From Diplonema japonicum (taxonomy: Eukaryota; Protista; Euglenozoa: Diplonemea), in contig OZ025702.1 of assembly GCA_964019335.1 (NCBI GenBank), positions 1 to 64,000 of the forward strand: DNA of 64,000 nucleotides. Direction: 5' to 3'. Below are positions 60,027 to 64,000 of this stretch, in pieces (position 1 is the stretch's first letter; the number at the start of each line of letters is the position of its first letter). The translations under genes were made by a program, and so were the position numbers. Under the pieces are notes generated by a model. That model searched no databases and was not told where the DNA came from. It worked only from the letters and a program-made list of their open reading frames with translations.

Positions 60027-61451
60027 ATGAACGGACCCGCCCTGGCAGATGATGAGCTTGCCGTATGGACGGTGGTGATAGGGCTGGTAGTGGGCTTCAT
60101 AGCATGGGTGTTTCTGACAGAAAAGAATGACTACGAGTGCAACGAAAGCCCTCGTATTGGGCTGGGCGATGTCCTGAAGGAGTCGCGCCACGGTGCACTA
60201 GTGCTACCCCCCTTGATGGCGGAGCTGGTTGCTGAGAAGCCCGTCGATCGTTTAGAGAAGATGAAGTCACTGGGGCGGGAGAAGAAGAAGAACCAGACTA
60301 AAGTAGACATTGAGTCTGTCACGCCCGAGGGCTGCAAGCCTCTATTAGTCTTTGTGAACAGTCAGAGTGGTGGGAGGCAGGGGCTTGCTTTGCTGCTGAA
60401 GTTGAAAAGACTTCTCCATCCCGTACAAGTGGTGGATCTGGCAAAGACAGGACCTAACGATGCTCTACAGAGATATAGCGTGTTCTCGAAGCTGTTTGTC
60501 TTAGTGTGTGGTGGGGACGGGACCGTGGGCTGGGTGCTGAGCGCGATGGACAGCCTAAACATGAGGGCACCCGTAGCTATCATGCCCCTGGGCACAGGGA
60601 ACGATTTGGCACGGGTGCTAGGGTGGGGTGCGGGGTGGGAGGGTGAGAGTGTCGCTGACATCCTTGCGCAAGTCGCTACGTCGCACGTCCGCAGCCTTGA
60701 CAGATGGTCCATCAAGTGCGGGGATCAGCGGCATCAGCCTCTGCAACATTGGACCAACTACGTAAGCGTAGGTGCAGATGCGGGGGTTGCCTTGCGGTTT
60801 CACAAACACCGCCGACACAAGCCAAGAGTGTTCTTTTCACGATTGGTGAACAAGTTCTGGTACATGCGGCATGGCATCGCTGCGTTTTTCAACCAGATCA
60901 AGCCGATGACACCCCCGTGTGTCATTACGGACAAAATGGTGTTAGAATGCGATGGGGTGAAAGTAGAGCTGCCCGCTGGGACTGCAGGTGTCATAGTAAG
61001 CAACATAGAATCGTACGGCGGGGGTGCGACAGGGCTGTGGGGCGGGACAAGTGTCGTGGATATGAACGACGGACAGCTTGAGGTAGTCGCTGTCACTGGG
61101 GTGCTGCACTTGACGCAGATACAGCTAGGCCTGGCCTCGGGTATACCTTTGGCAAAGTGCTCGAAGGTCAGCTTCAAGACAACTAGAAGCCTCCCCATGC
61201 AGATCGATGGGGAGCCGTGGACCCAACCGCCGTGCACAGTTGATATCTCCTTCTCGGGCACTGCTGCTATGCTCTCTCGCACTCGTGGCATACAGGACGA
61301 AGTTCTCCTCCGCATCACAGATGTCTTGGAGTGGGCTGAGCAGAAGGGGCACATCACTCCTGATCAGGTATGCTTGTCGAGGGTATTATGCCATATCACA
61401 CAGCTCTCTGTTATTCTAAATGAAGCATGCAGCAGAAAGGCACATAGCTAA
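60027..61451 (+). CDS. Diacylglycerol kinase (epsilon/plant DGK1-2-like) with N-terminal TM, ~462 aa; intron 61368-61403
   Basis: VFVNSQSGG, CGGDGTVGW, PLGTGNDLAR, NYVSVG, SYGGG, DGQLEVV and MQIDGEPW. Confidence 0.93.
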   Translation: MNGPALADDELAVWTVVIGLVVGFIAWVFLTEKNDYECNESPRIGLGDVLKESRHGALVLPPLMAELVAEKPVDRLEKMKSLGREKKKNQTKVDIESVTPEGCKPLLVFVNSQSGGRQGLALLLKLKRLLHPVQVVDLAKTGPNDALQRYSVFSKLFVLVCGGDGTVGWVLSAMDSLNMRAPVAIMPLGTGNDLARVLGWGAGWEGESVADILAQVATSHVRSLDRWSIKCGDQRHQPLQHWTNYVSVGADAGVALRFHKHRRHKPRVFFSRLVNKFWYMRHGIAAFFNQIKPMTPPCVITDKMVLECDGVKVELPAGTAGVIVSNIESYGGGATGLWGGTSVVDMNDGQLEVVAVTGVLHLTQIQLGLASGIPLAKCSKVSFKTTRSLPMQIDGEPWTQPPCTVDISFSGTAAMLSRTRGIQDEVLLRITDVLEWAEQKGHITPDQVCLSRVLCHITQLSVILNEACSRKAHS

Positions 61452-61851
61452 CCTCATATTAGACAAGAGGAGCATGTGGTAATCCTACTGGATACTTTAC
61501 TTTACTTTTTTTGTTACGTCATCGTTGCCTTCGCCGCCCCACTCCTACTGTGTTCTTTCCCTGAGAGAATCCTCCCCCCCCTTTTTTACTGAAATGAAGC
61601 ACACACAATATCTTACACACGAACAATATCCCTAACTACCATGAGACGAAAGAAAAAAAAAAAGCAAAAAAAAAAAAAAAAAAAAAAAGAGACCCTTTCC
61701 CTCCCCGGTCCCCCATGCTTTCCCGTACACCTACTGCCTAGCTAAAGTTATATTTCTTTCTTTATACTTTTCAGAAAAAAAAATCTTTTCCGTTGTTTCT
61801 TTGAGTCTTGACCATCTTTCCTGTTGACACGGCTAATGCTCAGCAGGTGTG

Positions 61852-62538
61852 ATGGAAGTAATCGTTCCGGGGTACCTCCGAGATGTGCCATTAGTGAGGT
61901 ATACATCTTTGGATGTGTGTCTCGTACTGCAGAGGAACGGATTGGGAATGTACACTGACTATGCGGTAAGGAGGGGTGTGGATGGGGAAGCGTTGCAGAA
62001 GATGGAAGGCCGTGGGGCGAGCAAGTTGCGGATCACGAGCACACGCCACAGACACGTGCTTTTTAACATTATCCGAGCCCTTCGGCGGCCTCGTGTGAAG
62101 TGTGTTGTGAGGGCCATGTCGGCCCCAAGGCCAGGGCGGAGCATCTCCAGCCCGTCACCTAAAATACCTGACGAGGATCTCTTCAGTCATGCCGAGACTT
62201 CTATCCAGAGAGCACGGTCCAGCAGCTTTAAATCAGTGACTCCACCAAGGAGCGCACTTTCGCGGTCGCAGTCCATCCCGTCTCCCAGCAGATCATGGGT
62301 TGAAGTTGTGTCCGAAGTAACAGCAACCCCTTACACCCCCTACCATCGAACCCTCGCTCAGGCTGTTGTTGACACAGAGATCAGCTTCCTTGTCAACTCT
62401 CCTCACACCTTCTCCTCTCCCCTCCCAGTTGCCGGTAATCCCGCGTCCCCTTATGGCCGCCGCAACCTCCACCCAAAGCGTCGCGTCTGCGAGCTTGATC
62501 TCGCCCCCCGATCCAAATCCTCCGAATCTTGGCGGTAA
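61852..62538 (+). CDS. SAM-domain protein with Ser/Pro/Arg-rich tail
   Basis: YTSLDVCLVLQRNGLGMYTDY...VDGEAL...LRITSTRHRHVLF matches the SAM pattern. Confidence 0.65.
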   Translation: MEVIVPGYLRDVPLVRYTSLDVCLVLQRNGLGMYTDYAVRRGVDGEALQKMEGRGASKLRITSTRHRHVLFNIIRALRRPRVKCVVRAMSAPRPGRSISSPSPKIPDEDLFSHAETSIQRARSSSFKSVTPPRSALSRSQSIPSPSRSWVEVVSEVTATPYTPYHRTLAQAVVDTEISFLVNSPHTFSSPLPVAGNPASPYGRRNLHPKRRVCELDLAPRSKSSESWR

Positions 62539-62621
62539 ACATAGACACACAACATAACACTTGTATTCCCCTTGTTCAAACTGCCAACTTCAATATCTTT
62601 GATAACAGCCATGTGAATAAA

Positions 62622-64000
62622 ATGGAGATACCTTTCAGAAGGCTCCCCAAGTTGTATCAGAAACCTGAAGCGTGTAGCAGCCCTGTGAAAAAGCTTCGCG
62701 AGAAGAAGCGCTGCGTGGCGCATGCAAAAGGGAATATACATGTTCCTGAGGAGGCCGACAGGAAGATGCTGCACGGCATGGTGGTGATGAAAGGGAAACT
62801 GGCTGCGTCTCTGCTGAAAACGGCACACAGCGACACGCATTTCATCCCACTACCACCGCCAGCAGCGACAACGATTACGCATGAGCAGCACATTCAGTGC
62901 TGCGAGGATGTGACAAGGTACCTTACGAAAGTGTTCATGACGAAGCTCAAAGAGTACTCCATTCCAAACAAAGTTCACAAACCCCCCTCCCTTTCCTTAC
63001 CAACCATCACGGACGGGATGCTCGAGAGGACATCAGGGAGTCAAACCCTACGACCTTATACAGCACCAAGCCATAAAAAGAGCTCAACGAGAAGCTACAA
63101 GCGCGAGTCCTGCCTCCCTCCACCTGTGGACAACGAAGCTGACAACAGCAAAATTCACAGCAAAATACAGCAGCCCATGAACAACATCGCGAGACTGGAA
63201 GAGAAAAAGAGGAAACTCATGACGGCCATCAATGAGAAAAGGCCGGGAATGAAGCTAGTCCAGGACGGCGGTATCAACGAAGGCCCCGACCTTCTTGACA
63301 AGAACCACAACAACGACAACTGCGAGGACGATGCCGCCGTGGCTGCCACTAGTCCACGGTACTTGAAGCTGCCGCGAAGCCCGAGAACCCCGAGAAAACC
63401 CAGCACCTCGAAAAGCCCAAGCGATGGTAGAATGAGTGCTTTCACTCGTGTGGGCAATGTGGTAAAACCCCTCAAGCGCATGACGTGTGTAGGACAGAAG
63501 TCTATAAATAATAGTAATACCAATACTACTAAAATCAAGGAGAAACCCAACAACACCGAGAGTGGCCTGGGTATCGGAGATATGCTGAGTTCATCAAACC
63601 CCACAGGACAGTTTGTAGATATGATTAAAAACAAACACCTTGCAGAAGCTACACAGTACGTGCTCCCGAAGACACAGAAAGGCAACATCGAAAAAGTGCA
63701 GGAATTCAAACAAGGCGTGCGCGATCTGCTAGACGAGCTAGGGGTGTTGGAGGAAAAACTGATGAAAGGCATACAAAAAAGGTGCAGGCAAACAGCCCAC
63801 AACATTGGAGCACGGTACGGTAATGAGCCACAGCAGCCACCCAAGGAGCGTGACACAGTCGTGGTGCTGCATGAGCACGAGTGGAAGGAAGCACGCGTAG
63901 TGCAGGTGAACAAAGGCTGCCCCATCGTTCAGGTGGGCAAGGAGGGCATCTTCGAAAAAACAACAATACCGTACATGGGGAAGCTTGTCATATGCACTGA
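62622..64000 (+). CDS. Hypothetical protein, 5' part only (runs off the window end)
   Basis: ATG at 62622 (MEIPFRRLPK...) opens a frame with no stop seen to 64000, so it is absent from the ORF track. The long antisense ORF 63155-63925 is its shadow. Confidence 0.75.
   Translation, partial: MEIPFRRLPKLYQKPEACSSPVKKLREKKRCVAHAKGNIHVPEEADRKMLHGMVVMKGKLAASLLKTAHSDTHFIPLPPPAATTITHEQHIQCCEDVTRYLTKVFMTKLKEYSIPNKVHKPPSLSLPTITDGMLERTSGSQTLRPYTAPSHKKSSTRSYKRESCLPPPVDNEADNSKIHSKIQQPMNNIARLEEKKRKLMTAINEKRPGMKLVQDGGINEGPDLLDKNHNNDNCEDDAAVAATSPRYLKLPRSPRTPRKPSTSKSPSDGRMSAFTRVGNVVKPLKRMTCVGQKSINNSNTNTTKIKEKPNNTESGLGIGDMLSSSNPTGQFVDMIKNKHLAEATQYVLPKTQKGNIEKVQEFKQGVRDLLDELGVLEEKLMKGIQKRCRQTAHNIGARYGNEPQQPPKERDTVVVLHEHEWKEARVVQVNKGCPIVQVGKEGIFEKTTIPYMGKLVICT

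Overview
Eukaryotic, gene-dense protist DNA, most consistent with a euglenozoan (diplonemid-like) genome; the taxon is inferred, not verified. Bases 1-~3300 are a CpG-depleted repeat patch containing a minisatellite, inverted and direct repeats, hAT-like CAGTGTTG termini and one small minus-strand spliced ORF. From 3590 to the end, 24 protein genes all lie on the + strand, often only 54-110 bp apart. Many have a CAG (usually ACAG) a few bases before the ATG, as expected for polycistronic transcription with spliced-leader trans-splicing. Apparent frameshifts in the ORF track are resolved by about 20 tiny GT-AG introns, nearly all 32-48 nt, mostly with GTATG donors and A/C-rich bodies. Recognisable products: VIT/vWA protein, PP2C phosphatase, WD40-coiled-coil-PDZ protein, Rab1, bestrophin-like channel, VASt/START-like protein, EGF + GH43-like glycosidase, M16A insulinase, a 15x IPT/TIG surface protein, PhnP-like MBL hydrolase, CAP protein, helical-repeat mitochondrial protein, diacylglycerol kinase and a SAM protein. 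The standout is a ~3049-aa protein (21590-30875). It fuses seven two-lobed GWY...YSDL...NCP repeats and four DOMON domains to a complete ferric-reductase/NOX-type transmembrane electron-transfer module, making it a candidate single-chain cell-surface capture-and-reduce system.
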